Positions 51,606 through 62,253 are shown, numbered from the stretch's first letter. The stretch is DNA of 64,000 nucleotides from an uncultured delta proteobacterium (GCA_963793865.1 CAWCBP010000002.1:96001-160000), one strand, 5' to 3'. The notes: a model not told the origin generated them from the sequence alone. A program made the numbers and translations.

Positions 51606-54007
51606 GATTCCTCCCCGGGGCTCATCGTTCCGGGTATGCCGGGTCGCAAAACATCATCGGACGGCGTCTCCGTCTTCTTGTTTCTGCGCCTGTCCCATTC
51701 CTCATCCGCTTTATCCACCAGCTTCTCATCATGGCTGAGCTTCGCCGCCATCCGGTACCATCCCAGCTCCCATTCTGAAAGCAGCTGCGGGGGATCATAG
51801 GAGGCAAGGGCCTGGCGGATCGTCTCTTTGGACTCATCGCCGCGCTCCAGCTTCTCCAAACATTTAGCCTTCAAGGTAAGATAGGGGGCCCTGCCGTCAG
51901 CTTTTTTAAGCGCCCCCTCCACGGTCGCAAGCGCCTCCCGGTTGAGCCCCCGTTTGCTGAAGCTCAAGGCCAGGTTGAACATCGCCGTGCCGCATGATGA
52001 TACACGGTCCGCCTCCCGGTAGGCCTTTTCCTCCCGGACATGGTCCCCCAGCTCGCCGTGGTAGATTCCCTGCAGGACCAATATTTCCACGTCCGGCCTT
52101 TTTATCAAATTAAGGGCGGTGCGCAGGTAATCGAGGGCCTTCTCATGCTGGTGCAGGTCCGCGTACCACTGGGCAAGCTGCACGAACGCGTCGCGGTCGT
52201 CCGCGGCGCCGCCGTTCTTCCTGCGCAGCTCCTCTTCCGCTTCCTCTATCTGCAGTCGCACCAGGCCGGGGTTCACCGTATTCACCAGGGGATTTCCCAC
52301 GGACCGCTCAAAGGGCTGACCAGGAACCGCGCTCAGATATGCCCGGCATTCGAACTGCTTGCCCGCCGTGATCCTGAATTCCATGGTTATTTCCTCGCCG
52401 GCCAGGCCGTTCCCCGGCAGCGCCCATATCTCGTTAAAAATGAGCTGCCGGTCGGCGTGCCCCACGATTTCAAAGCGAAGCTTGTCCACAAAAAGAACCG
52501 GGCCGGAGGGTACCACCAGATCGAGCTTCTTACAGCTGCCGTCCTCCGGGAAGGGAAGCGCGCAGCGGGCAGGGACCAGGGTGTGCGGATCACCGGAGGT
52601 GGTTATCAGGTCAATGCCGTCATATAGAACCGGGACAATAAGCGGACGCGACGAGATTTCATGAAAGAGCGCGTTCAATGCCGCGCCCCTGGCGACGGCC
52701 GTCTGCATGGAAAGCTGGTCCGGAAAGCAGTCAACCGTGCCGTTGGGGAAATACCCCTTGACCGCCTTCATCACCTGGGGAATAAGCGAGCTTCCCCCGA
52801 CCATGAGGCAGAAGTTTACCTCCTGAGGCTTTTTCCCCGCGCGGTGCAGGGCATCCTGCAATGGGGCAAAGATTGACTGGGTGAGGCGGAACTCCGTCTC
52901 GCGGGCGAAGAGAAAATCGATATCGAGGAAGGGCTCAAGCAGTGACTCGAATGCGGCGGCTGAAAGGGACGGTGAGCTTAAGCGCAGTTCCCTGTTTTTA
53001 AGCATGCAGGCAACGAATGGCTGCTGCGCGGCGAGCTTGCTTTTATCGGCATCATCATAGCGATTGAATTTGATCAGCCGCTCCGTCTCCCGGCAAAGGG
53101 CGATTTTCAGCGCCTCGGCCTTGCTGAGCAGCTGCGGCTCGAGCCCCTTTTTCTTGTCCACCCAGGTCAGGTCAAAGGGGAGCAGCCCGTTTTCATCGGC
53201 AAGCCGGGGTATGAGGCATTCATGCACGATGGCCGCATCTATATCGCCGCCGCCGAGCCGATGATAGCGCGAAACAGCGAGCTGGCTCAGGCTGAGCCGG
53301 TCTTGCTTCCCGTCAGCGGTAATTTCAAGTACTGATACATCGCAGGTGCCGCCGCCGAAATCAAAAACAACCGCGAGCGAAGGCCTGCCCGGTTCAACTG
53401 CTTTTTCAGTCCCGACGCTGTAAAGGTAGTCGATCAACGCCGCCGTGGGCTCGTCGAGCAGGTCCTCATCATGGAGCGCGAGACCCGCGTACCGGCATGC
53501 CAGAAGGGTGTCGCGGCGCTGGTTTAACTGGAACGAAGCCGGCACGGTGACGGAAATTCGCCGATGACTATTCCCTGCGGCCTGCTCTGCCTGTTCTTTT
53601 AAAAAAGAGAGAATTGTACCGGCAATCTTTGAGGCGTGGTTGAAGGACTCGGGCGCGCGGAAGTATGTCTTGCGCAGCCCCATCTCATTTTTGGTATCGT
53701 AAAACAGGTTTCTTTCAAAAAGGAGGTTGGCCTGGTGAGGGTTGGCGCGCAGCCGTTTCGCGCCTTCACCCACCCAGTGGTTCCCGTCGGGGAGAATTGC
53801 AGCGACTGACGGAACGAGCGGACTGGTGTAGGTTCCCTCGGTGGTGGGCTGCTCCAGCTCCAGGGTTCTGCATGCTACTTTCCCATCAGCCCCGATGGCT
53901 GACTCGGCAACGGTGGAGTTAGTGGTGCCGAGGTCAATGCCCAGCACGCGGATTTCCTTGTTCAGCACCTGTTCCAGCTTCCCGGCAAAAAGCTCCAATG
54001 CCTTCAT
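51602..54007 (-). CDS. Atypical Hsp70-family protein with C-terminal TPR repeats
   Basis: GIDLGTTNS, TVPASF, DEPTAA, FDFGGGTCDVS, LGGGDID, VGGSS.IP, VARGAA; divergent substrate-binding region; TPR-like helices (LAQWY..KALDYL..AL; GIYHG.LG..AY; FNLALS). Confidence 0.9.
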   Translation of the reverse strand: MKALELFAGKLEQVLNKEIRVLGIDLGTTNSTVAESAIGADGKVACRTLELEQPTTEGTYTSPLVPSVAAILPDGNHWVGEGAKRLRANPHQANLLFERNLFYDTKNEMGLRKTYFRAPESFNHASKIAGTILSFLKEQAEQAAGNSHRRISVTVPASFQLNQRRDTLLACRYAGLALHDEDLLDEPTAALIDYLYSVGTEKAVEPGRPSLAVVFDFGGGTCDVSVLEITADGKQDRLSLSQLAVSRYHRLGGGDIDAAIVHECLIPRLADENGLLPFDLTWVDKKKGLEPQLLSKAEALKIALCRETERLIKFNRYDDADKSKLAAQQPFVACMLKNRELRLSSPSLSAAAFESLLEPFLDIDFLFARETEFRLTQSIFAPLQDALHRAGKKPQEVNFCLMVGGSSLIPQVMKAVKGYFPNGTVDCFPDQLSMQTAVARGAALNALFHEISSRPLIVPVLYDGIDLITTSGDPHTLVPARCALPFPEDGSCKKLDLVVPSGPVLFVDKLRFEIVGHADRQLIFNEIWALPGNGLAGEEITMEFRITAGKQFECRAYLSAVPGQPFERSVGNPLVNTVNPGLVRLQIEEAEEELRRKNGGAADDRDAFVQLAQWYADLHQHEKALDYLRTALNLIKRPDVEILVLQGIYHGELGDHVREEKAYREADRVSSCGTAMFNLALSFSKRGLNREALATVEGALKKADGRAPYLTLKAKCLEKLERGDESKETIRQALASYDPPQLLSEWELGWYRMAAKLSHDEKLVDKADEEWDRRRNKKTETPSDDVLRPGIPGTMSPGEES

Positions 54008-54084
54008 TGCAGTTTCCTCCTTTTCCCCTTTTGCGTTCAGGAAAAGTATAGCATGGAGGTGTGACAGGGAAGGTCAAAGGAGGG

Positions 54085-54170
54085 AGAGGGGTCAGGGGTC
54101 AGGGGTCAGGGGTCAGGGTTCAGGATGGAGGGAAAAGCAGTTGAAGGTGCCGGTTGACAGTTTACAGGTA
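54085..54170. repeat. Degenerate 7-mer tandem tracts (CAGGGGT)n and (GTTGACA)n; representative of many 7-8-mer tracts between 40.3 and 64 kb
   Basis: Similar tracts near 40360, 41057-41155, 41220, 42285-42355, 44355, 44528, 44647-44810, 50280-50355, 55830-56070, 57930, 62050-62180, 62920-63000 and 63878-63960. Confidence 0.85.
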
Positions 54171-54210
54171 AAGCAAGAATCGATGTAGGATTCAGGATTC
54201 CAGAAAAAGC

Positions 54211-54309
54211 GTAGTCGCAAGCTTTAGCTTGCGGTTTTCTATCGTAAGCCGCTTATTTATCAACACGCGCCTTCCGTTGCAAATTCCGCAGGCTGAAGCC
54301 TGCGACTAC
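54211..54309. repeat. REPIN/MITE-like element, family A, copy 2
   Basis: Same ends and similar spacer as 40419-40519. Confidence 0.85.
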
Positions 54310-54466
54310 GGCCGATTTATTGAGCGCGCACCGGTCAACGGCCAAAGCAGTGTTATTGAGATCTGACCTCTTTTTAGCCTTTTATTGAAGGTTTGTTTTG
54401 TGGTATAAAGGGCTTCAGAAATCGGTCATCCGCAACATTAATAAACAACAATCGAAGGGAGTAACC

Positions 54467-55867
54467 ATGTTAAATAAACTGTTTTTTCTCGCTGTTCTAT
54501 TATGCTGTTTGCCGACCAATGGATATTCCGCTGTTTCAGAAGATTGGGAAAAGCACGTCATTGGACCGCAGTCGAGTCCCATCTACCTGTATGTAAAAGA
54601 TATGGATGGTGATGGGGACCTTGACGTAGCCTCGACTACCGACCGGCATCCATTAGCGTGGGTCTCTGAAGTAGCATGGTTCAGAAACAATCTTGACCAG
54701 GGCACTCCATGGGATAAGTTCATCATTAGTTCAAGCGCACCGGAAGATAATCCTATTATGAACACCAATGGCATTGTGCTGGCAGACATTGACGGTGACG
54801 GCCGGGACGATGCGGTGGTAGGTACGGGAAAAGTAACCGAAGGCCTGGGAAGTGTATATTGGTTTATGGCACCGGAAGATGCAACCGGTGAATGGCAGAG
54901 GTTTGACGTCGAGGTGGAAGCAGCAAACTCCTTCTTCAAGATGTACACCATGGATGTCAACGGAGACTCCAGGCTTGACATTATCGCGGGAGGAAGACAG
55001 GGTGCGGTTATTTATATTAACCCGGGGGAACCAGCCCAGGCAGAGGCTGTCTGGGAGAAAGCAAGCTTCCCCGAAGAAACGGGGAGCGCTCTCTATCTTG
55101 ATGATCTGGATGGGGATGGCACACTGGATGTTGTTAACACATTCCTTCATGGCAATGTTTCCTGGTTTGCCATTGGTTATGAAAATGGAGAAGTGGTATT
55201 TAACCGGACTATGATAGATGAGGATTTAGATAGAGCCTTTGATGTAAACTGCATGGACATAAACGGTGATAAGAAAAAAGATGTAATAGTTACCACTCTT
55301 GATCAGCCCAACATTTATTGGTACGAAGCCCCGTCGAATAATGGTGAATCATGGATACAGCATGACCTGTCCACCACCTATTCCGGCACTGATATTTATA
55401 CCGGAGATATCAATGGGGATATGCAAACCGATGTGGCAGTATCCGGCGCGTTCAGTGACAAGATCGCATGGTTTGAATATGAGTGGAAGTCCGGCGAAGC
55501 GGTGTGGAATGAGCACATGATTGATGATCTTGTAGATGATCCGGGCGATATTTCCCTGGATGACCTGGATGGCGACGGTGATCTGGATGTGGTGGTGACC
55601 GGATTGCGCGAAGATCAGATGATCTGGTATGAAAACAAGATGCCTAAACCTGCTCTCTGCCCGCTTGAATTTTTGTTGGGTAAGGAGTCACCGCATCTTT
55701 CGACTTTTAGAGCCATACGGGATAATTATTTAGTTGCCGCGCCCGGCGGCAAGCGCCTGGTTGCATCCTATTATGCCCATGCTGCGGAAATGGTAGGATT
55801 TTTAGAGAGCATAAGCAGCATATTGACCTTGAATAGTCGACGGTCAACAGTCCGTGGTCCATGGTAA
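54467..55867 (+). CDS. Secreted FG-GAP/VCBS-repeat beta-propeller protein with a C-terminal CFI-box-like domain
   Basis: Seven D.DGDG..D repeats with W..N/W.E; C-terminal CP...L..FR..RD..L...GG..LV..YY; ATG at 54467 after GGGAG. Confidence 0.85.
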   Translation: MLNKLFFLAVLLCCLPTNGYSAVSEDWEKHVIGPQSSPIYLYVKDMDGDGDLDVASTTDRHPLAWVSEVAWFRNNLDQGTPWDKFIISSSAPEDNPIMNTNGIVLADIDGDGRDDAVVGTGKVTEGLGSVYWFMAPEDATGEWQRFDVEVEAANSFFKMYTMDVNGDSRLDIIAGGRQGAVIYINPGEPAQAEAVWEKASFPEETGSALYLDDLDGDGTLDVVNTFLHGNVSWFAIGYENGEVVFNRTMIDEDLDRAFDVNCMDINGDKKKDVIVTTLDQPNIYWYEAPSNNGESWIQHDLSTTYSGTDIYTGDINGDMQTDVAVSGAFSDKIAWFEYEWKSGEAVWNEHMIDDLVDDPGDISLDDLDGDGDLDVVVTGLREDQMIWYENKMPKPALCPLEFLLGKESPHLSTFRAIRDNYLVAAPGGKRLVASYYAHAAEMVGFLESISSILTLNSRRSTVRGPW

Positions 55868-56105
55868 AGGACAGAAGAAGCAGGGGGACGGATGATAGGG
55901 ACACAGGGTTCAGGGAACAGAAGCTGACGTCAGTATCCACTACTCCATCACTCCAATACTCCAACATATGAACCACGAAACACGAGAAGCCTTTGCTGTC
56001 AACTGTGGACTGAATGCTGTGAACTTTTCTTTTTGACCCTGCACCCTGACCCCTGTACCCTGAATCCTGAGCGTCAACTGTTAACTTAATTCTAAGGAGG
56101 TTGTC

Positions 56106-57443
56106 ATGAAACTGCAAAGGATGGCGATACCGGCTTTGTTGGTAATGGCAGTCTGCTTCGTCGCGTGCACGCAGGAGGATATGACCTTTCTCAGCGACAA
56201 AATCGAAATAGCGGCAAATCCCAATCTGGCGGAATGGATTCCCCGCGCTGCCTACAATTCGGTTGACGACGAGTTCCTGGTGGTGTGGACGGAGCAGGGG
56301 GTGCGGGAAGCGGGAGGCCCTTCCCTGTACGGCATCATGGCCCAGCGATTTTCATCAGCCGGGGACATGATAGGCGCAAGCTTCGCCCCCACCGGCGGTC
56401 CCCTTCAAAAGATTATTCTGTTGCCCACCCCTGAATTCAACATGTTTACAAAAGAATATTTCATCGGCTACACCATGGCCGGCGACGGGTTCGATGAGTA
56501 CGGGGCAATCATAGGCAGCACCGGAGACAGTGCCGCGCAGCCATTTCTCATTTCCGGTCAGCCTCGAAGCCAGATGCACACCAGGCTTGCGTTCAATTCA
56601 ACAAAGCATGAATATTTTGTCGTGTACAACAGCAGCGAAAGCGGCAGTCCCGACATTAAGGGAGTGATTATAGCCGAGGACGGCACACCGGTAAGCGGTG
56701 AAATCATGATCAATGACACCCCGGGCGACCAGTACAACCCGTTTATCGCCTACAACCCGGTGGATGACACCTACCTTCTCAACTGGGAGGATTTCAGAAA
56801 TGTTCCCACCTGGGAACAGCATGGAGAGATTTACGGGGCGCTGCTTGACAGCGACGGAAACGTGCTGGTCAACGACATTCCCATGATTGATGATTTCGGT
56901 ACGGCTGATGAAGGCGACCAGCGCCTGAACGAGGTGACATACAACCCGGATAAAAATCAGTTTTTGGTGTGCTGGACGGACACGGCGCCTTCCCTCGATA
57001 ACGTCGGCATACGGGGAAGGTTCATAACCGCGAACGGGAAATTGGCCGGGCCCATATTTACCATTGTGGACGGGATAGGCCCGCAAATATTTCCTCATGC
57101 CATTTATGTTGCATCCGGGAAGAGCTACTTTATGATGTGGGAAGACGGCAGGAATCAGGAAGACCCGGACGCAAGCTGGCGGGCATTGACCAATCTTGAC
57201 ATTTACGGCAAATGGATGAGCGCCAATGGAAGGCGTTTCAGCGATGAAATAACCTTTTGTGAAGAGCCGGGGGTACAGCGCTATTCTTCCATCAGCTATT
57301 CGGAAAAAAGCGAACGCTTCCTGGTCACCTGGCAGGACATTGTCGACGAAGATCTGAACCTGGGGGAGACGGACGATCAGTCAGGCCAGCATGTAAAAGA
57401 ATCCGGGGGAAATGTCTACGCCATCGCCTATGGGAAACCATAA
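56106..57443 (+). CDS. Lipoprotein with repeated beta-propeller-like blades
   Basis: Lipobox FVAC; repeats P..AYN....EFLVVW / YLLNWED.R / DIYG; AGGAGG RBS. Confidence 0.8.
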   Translation: MKLQRMAIPALLVMAVCFVACTQEDMTFLSDKIEIAANPNLAEWIPRAAYNSVDDEFLVVWTEQGVREAGGPSLYGIMAQRFSSAGDMIGASFAPTGGPLQKIILLPTPEFNMFTKEYFIGYTMAGDGFDEYGAIIGSTGDSAAQPFLISGQPRSQMHTRLAFNSTKHEYFVVYNSSESGSPDIKGVIIAEDGTPVSGEIMINDTPGDQYNPFIAYNPVDDTYLLNWEDFRNVPTWEQHGEIYGALLDSDGNVLVNDIPMIDDFGTADEGDQRLNEVTYNPDKNQFLVCWTDTAPSLDNVGIRGRFITANGKLAGPIFTIVDGIGPQIFPHAIYVASGKSYFMMWEDGRNQEDPDASWRALTNLDIYGKWMSANGRRFSDEITFCEEPGVQRYSSISYSEKSERFLVTWQDIVDEDLNLGETDDQSGQHVKESGGNVYAIAYGKP

Positions 57444-57963
57444 CAGGAGGGTTGCGGGTACAGGGGTCAGAATAAAAATCCGGCACGAACGGCTTTAGCC
57501 ACGGTAGAGAGATGACCCTGGACCGTTCATTATCTTTGCACCACGAAGGGCACGAAGAAAAACCCACAAAGATCACGAAGAAAGAAACAGAAGCACGTAG
57601 GGGATCTTCGTGTGCTTCGTGCCCCAACCTTCGTGGTCTTCGTGGTTCAGCTTCTTTACCGTTAATTTATGCACTTCCCCTATTTTTTGTCCAATGTCAA
57701 GGGCTTTCCCCAATCTGCACATCGCACAGGAGAGCACGAAGGCAAGGAAACGAAATTGTAGGGGCAGGTCCCTGTGGTTGCCCTGCGAAATCCGGGCAGG
57801 CACAGGGGCCTGCCCCTACAACTCCAAGTTGGCATCGCTGAGAGTGCATTACCTTACAACACAGCTGCGTGGCATTCTGTCACCCTTTTATAAAAATGAC
57901 AGATGACAAGTGACTATTGGCTTCTCTTTGACCCTGTACCCTCAACCCTGCCCCCTGACCCCT

Positions 57964-59562
57964 CTATTTATACTCCCCCGGATGTATCCCCAGCTTCCTC
58001 ATGCGATAGATAAGGGTTGAGCGTTTCATATTGAGAATGCGCGCTGCACCGTTCTGCCCGGCAATAACGCCTTTTGTCCTCTTCAGGACATTTGATATGT
58101 GCAGTTTTTCCATCTCAGACAATGATGCCATCTTCATTTCGCGGCCATTATCATCGCTTGCTGCGTTTGACAGGGGCGACGTTTCCATGTGCTGCAGGGA
58201 GGATAATTGAACGTCGCGTTCTCTATCTACATTGAGAATAGGCCTCATATCCTGCTCGGTAACCACCTTGTTTGATTTTAAGATTATGATGCGCTCCATG
58301 AAGTTTTCCAGTTCCCGCACATTGCCGGGCCATGAATAGCTGACCAGGAGATCAAGGGCTCCCTGGAGAAAGTGAGGCCGTATCCGGTTGAGCTTGGAAC
58401 AGAATTTATCCATAAAATGTTTGCCCAGCAGGGGAATATCCTCCCTGCGTTCGCGCAACGGCGGAACATTGACGGGAAAGATATTGAGCCGGTAATAAAG
58501 ATCCTCCCTGAACTTGTACTCTTTCACCAGCCTGGCCAGGTCCTTGTTGGTCGCCGCGATGATGCGCACATCGGTTTTAATGGTTTCCGATCCGCCCACC
58601 CGCTCGAACTTGCCGTCCTGCAGGACCTGCAGAAGCTTTGCCTGGGTATTCAAGGGCAGCTCGCTTATTTCATCCAGAAAAAGCGTGCTGCCGTTTGCCA
58701 GCTCAAAGCGGCCGATCTTTTTTGCGGTGGCGCCGGTAAACGAGCCCTTTTCGTGTCCGAACAGCTCGCTTTCAATGAGCGTCGGGACCAATGCCGCGCA
58801 GTTGAGCTTGAAAAAGGTGTTTTTGCTTCGCCCGCTCATTTTGTGGATGGTGCGCGCAATAAGGTCTTTGCCGGTTCCTGTTTCACCGGTCAATAAAATC
58901 GTCGTGTCCGTCTTTGCCGCATCCATTAATGTATTCATAAGGTCTCGCATGATTTGACTTGCATAAACAACCTCATGCGATTCATCGAACAGGTCAAGCT
59001 CCCTTTTGAGATATTGTCTCTCCTCAGCCAGCACGTCTTTGACGCTTTGCAATTTCTCATAGGCGAGAATGTTGTCAATCACCAGGGACACCTGCCGGGA
59101 CACCTTTTCGAAAAAATCAATGTTGTCAAGCAGGAAGCCGGGCCGATCCTTATAACTGACCTGTATAGAACCGATCACTGTATCCCTCATCATCAATGGC
59201 GCGCAAATAATCCATTCCAAACCCGCTTCAATAAAACGCCTTATCTCGGGATTGTTCGATTGGCGGGCCAGTTCGGCAATGATGGTCTTTTTCTCCTTCA
59301 TGGCCTGATAGGGAATGCCGGCAGCCTTAATCGTCAGTGCCTCCTTGGGAAAGCCCGGCACCTCAATACCGATGGGAGGAGAAAAAAAGTCCCAGCTGTC
59401 ATCGACCGGACGATGAAGCAGAATGCTGATGCGTTCAAATGCAAAGATGGGGTGCAAAACCTTGAATATTTCCCTGAATAATCCTTCGCGGGTTCTGTGG
59501 GTAATTATGGCATTGGTTATCTGCAAAAGTATCTTTTGTTCACGCAGTTCATTTGTATTCAT
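57964..59562 (-). CDS. GAF-domain sigma-54 activator (FhlA/NifA-like)
   Basis: N-terminal GAF, GETGTGKD, ESELFGHEKGSFTGA, LFLDEISEL, FREDLYYRLN, WPGNVRELEN, HTH GAA.IL.MKRSTL. Confidence 0.93.
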   Translation of the reverse strand: MNTNELREQKILLQITNAIITHRTREGLFREIFKVLHPIFAFERISILLHRPVDDSWDFFSPPIGIEVPGFPKEALTIKAAGIPYQAMKEKKTIIAELARQSNNPEIRRFIEAGLEWIICAPLMMRDTVIGSIQVSYKDRPGFLLDNIDFFEKVSRQVSLVIDNILAYEKLQSVKDVLAEERQYLKRELDLFDESHEVVYASQIMRDLMNTLMDAAKTDTTILLTGETGTGKDLIARTIHKMSGRSKNTFFKLNCAALVPTLIESELFGHEKGSFTGATAKKIGRFELANGSTLFLDEISELPLNTQAKLLQVLQDGKFERVGGSETIKTDVRIIAATNKDLARLVKEYKFREDLYYRLNIFPVNVPPLRERREDIPLLGKHFMDKFCSKLNRIRPHFLQGALDLLVSYSWPGNVRELENFMERIIILKSNKVVTEQDMRPILNVDRERDVQLSSLQHMETSPLSNAASDDNGREMKMASLSEMEKLHISNVLKRTKGVIAGQNGAARILNMKRSTLIYRMRKLGIHPGEYK

Positions 59563-59781
59563 GATCTGTTACCTCACCTGGGGCTGAAAATATCATTGGA
59601 TCTCCGCTTGTGCCGGAATGAAAAGAATTTTTTACGTTTCTTTCATTGGTTTTCATTCCTTAAAAGCGTAGATCCAATGGTGTTCCCAAAGTTATGGGTG
59701 ACCGGCTGGCCGCCCATCTATTCTATTATATAATAACTGGATAAACCTATCACATCCCCACCTCATAAAACAAGTAATTTT

Positions 59782-59816
59782 TGTCCAATATTTGACATTA
59801 TGTCTAAAATTGGACA
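59782..59816. promoter_or_regulatory. Tandem palindromic enhancer sites TGTC-N8-GACA
   Basis: TGTCCAATATTTGACA (59782) and TGTCTAAAATTGGACA (59801), about 100 bp upstream of a sigma-54 promoter. Confidence 0.75.
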
Positions 59817-59890
59817 TAATTTTAGTCATAAAAATAGCTGCATAAAAAATAATATGCAACAATTTCATGTTTTTAAAAAAAATTAAGGAT

Positions 59891-59906
59891 TGGTATGCTA
59901 TTTGCT
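59891..59906 (+). promoter_or_regulatory. Sigma-54 promoter
   Basis: TGGTATGCTATTTGCT, GG-N10-GC spacing correct. Confidence 0.78.
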
Positions 59907-59916
59907 AAATATTATA

Positions 59917-60047
59917 TTAGATTTTGAGCCACCTCCTGAATATGATGAAACAAAAGGCTCATTTTATCATTCTGACACCTCCAATCTTTGCCAAGGAAGT
60001 CTGCAAGTGAACACCCCCCTCTAAGCTTGCAGGCTTCTTTGTTTTTT
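59917..60047 (+). ncRNA. Candidate ~130-nt sigma-54-dependent small RNA ending in an intrinsic terminator
   Basis: Starts about 12 nt after the -12 box; hairpin TGAGCC/GGCTCA; terminator stem 59992-60041 plus T-tract; no ORF; three CACC(T/C)CC motifs. Confidence 0.5.
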
Positions 60048-60177
60048 CAGTAGATCGCAGCAGCATAACTGTATCGTGGCGATCACATAATAAGCACCCA
60101 TTTTTTTCCACCGGCAATTACCAGCTTCAGCAAATTATGATATAGTAATGTTATAGAATTTTTTTCCGTTGTTGAAG

Positions 60178-60278
60178 CATCTCCGAGCCTTTAAAGCCTA
60201 AAAGAACAGCCGTTCTCATGGTACAAGGTCAATGGGTTCTGCCGGAAACAGCGGAGCCTCCCTTTAGGAAAGGAGCAT
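60178..60278 (+). ncRNA. Moco/Tuco RNA motif (molybdenum/tungsten cofactor riboswitch)
   Basis: CTCCGAGC..CCTAA..CATGG..GGT..GGAAAC..GCCTCCC..GGAAAGGAG matches the recalled Moco-motif consensus; lies in the leader of a W/Mo-pterin enzyme. Confidence 0.8.
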
Positions 60279-60313
60279 CAACACCAATTTCCTGAAAAGG
60301 CAAGGGAGGATAT

Positions 60314-62042
60314 ATGGCTGAGAAAATTTACCGGGTCAACATGACAACACTCACCGCAACCTCCGAGGAAGTGCCGGAAAAATGGAAAGGGCTCGGGGGA
60401 AGAGGGCTGACCTCAACCATTATCGCGCAGGAGGTAAAGCCTACCTGCAATCCCCTGGGCCGGTTCAACAAGCTTGTTTTTGCTCCGGGCCTGCTTGCAG
60501 GTACGCCATGCCCGAATTCGGGAAGGCTTTCGGCCGGGGCTAAAAGTCCCCTGACCGGCACGATCAAGGAAAGCAATGCCGGCGGCACCGCTGCCCAGTG
60601 CCTTGCCCGGCTGGGCATTAAAGCCCTGGTCATTGAAGGGATGCCGGAGAAGAACACCTGGTATAGTCTCCACGTTGACAATCACGGCGTCACAGTTCAG
60701 GAAGACACGGCATTGGCGGGCAAGGGCAATTACGAAGTCATGAAGACGCTCATGCAAAAACACGGTGATAAAACCGGCATCCTCTCCATCGGCCCGGCAG
60801 GCGAGCGGTGCCTGGCTTCAGCCAACATTTCCGTGAAGGATCCGGATGGCAATATCCGCAGTCATGGCAGGGGCGGATTGGGCGCGGTCATGGGTTCCAA
60901 AAAAATAAAGCACATTACCATCGACCCTGCCGGCGGTCCCGGCGTGGAGATTTTTGACCAGGAGAAGTTCAAGAATGTGGCCCGCGCGTTTACCAAGGCA
61001 CTGGTGGATCACCCGGTGAGCGGGCAGGCGCTTAAAACCTATGGCACCGATGTGTTGGTAAATATCCTGAATGAAGCGGGCGGCCTGCCGACCCGGAACT
61101 TTCGCTTCGGCAGATTTGCCGGCGCCGATAAAATCAGCGGCGAGACCATGCGGGAGATTATATTAAAACGAAATGGAAAACCGCACCACGCATGTCACGC
61201 GGGGTGTGTCATGCAGTGTTCCCAGGTATATAATGACAAGGACGGCAACTACGTCACTTCCGGCTTTGAGTATGAGACCATCTGGGGCTTCGGCGCCAAC
61301 TGCTGCATTGAAGACCTGGACACTATTGCGCAGATAGATCACCTGCTTGACGATATCGGGGCCGACACCATTGAGACTGCGGTTGCCGTGGGAGTTGCCA
61401 TGGAAGCCGGGATTATTCCCTTCGGCGACGGTCCCGGCGCGCTCAGACTGATTGAAGAAATGAGAGACGGCACCCCGCTGGGCAGAATTCTCGGCTCCGG
61501 GAGCCGGGGCGGTGGGCAGGGCCTACGGGGTAACCCGGGTACCGGTTGTCAAAAACCAGGGGCTCCCGGCGTATGACCCGCGGCCGGTCAAGGGCATGGG
61601 CATTACCTACGCCACCTCGACCATGGGAGCTGACCACACCGCGGGATACTGCATTCCCCTCAACATCCTGAGAATCGGCGGCTTTGTTGATCCCCTGCAG
61701 AAGGAGGGTGAGGTAGATCTCTCCAGAAGGCTGCAGATAGGCACGGCGATGATTGACAGCGCCGGCCTCTGCATTTTCGTGATGTTCCCCATGCTGGATA
61801 ACCTGGATGTCTTCGCCCTGATGTTTGACATGATCAATGCCAAGTACGATCTGCAGATGACGGCAGACGACGGACGTGCCCTGGGCCGGAAAATATTGCG
61901 CACCGAACATGCGTTTAACATGGCTGCCGGCTTCAGCAACAGGCATGACCGCCTCCCGGAATTCTTCGATGAGCCGGTAGCGCCGCACAACGCCGTGTGG
62001 GATTTCACCTCGGAAGAGATTGACTCATATTGGGGCGTCTAA
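60314..62042 (+). CDS. aor: Aldehyde:ferredoxin oxidoreductase (AOR family), one frameshift near 61505
   Basis: GLGGRGL, KSPLTG.IKESNAGG, IGPAGE, GRGGLGAVMGSK, ACHAGCVMQC, EYETIW, then PAYDPR..G.G..YAT..MGADH and DRLPEFF in the next frame. Confidence 0.92.
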
Positions 62043-62253
62043 AAGACGAGGGGTGAGGGTGCAGGGAACAGGGTGCAGGGGAAGAACAGTTACAGCTGCC
62101 GGTTGACAGTTGACAGGAATACCAGGTGATGCTAGATGCAGGATGCAGTAGGCCGTGACCCTGACCCCTGTACCCTACACCCTCTTCTTTGAACCAGAAC
62201 ACGAAGATAAACTTGCCCAACGATCACACATAATATTTTTGGGATACAGTAAG

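Noticed and set aside
51602..54007. Calling the Hsp70 gene dnaK or hscA
   Set aside because: It lacks the canonical substrate-binding and lid sequence and the dnaJ/grpE or isc context, and has TPRs instead.
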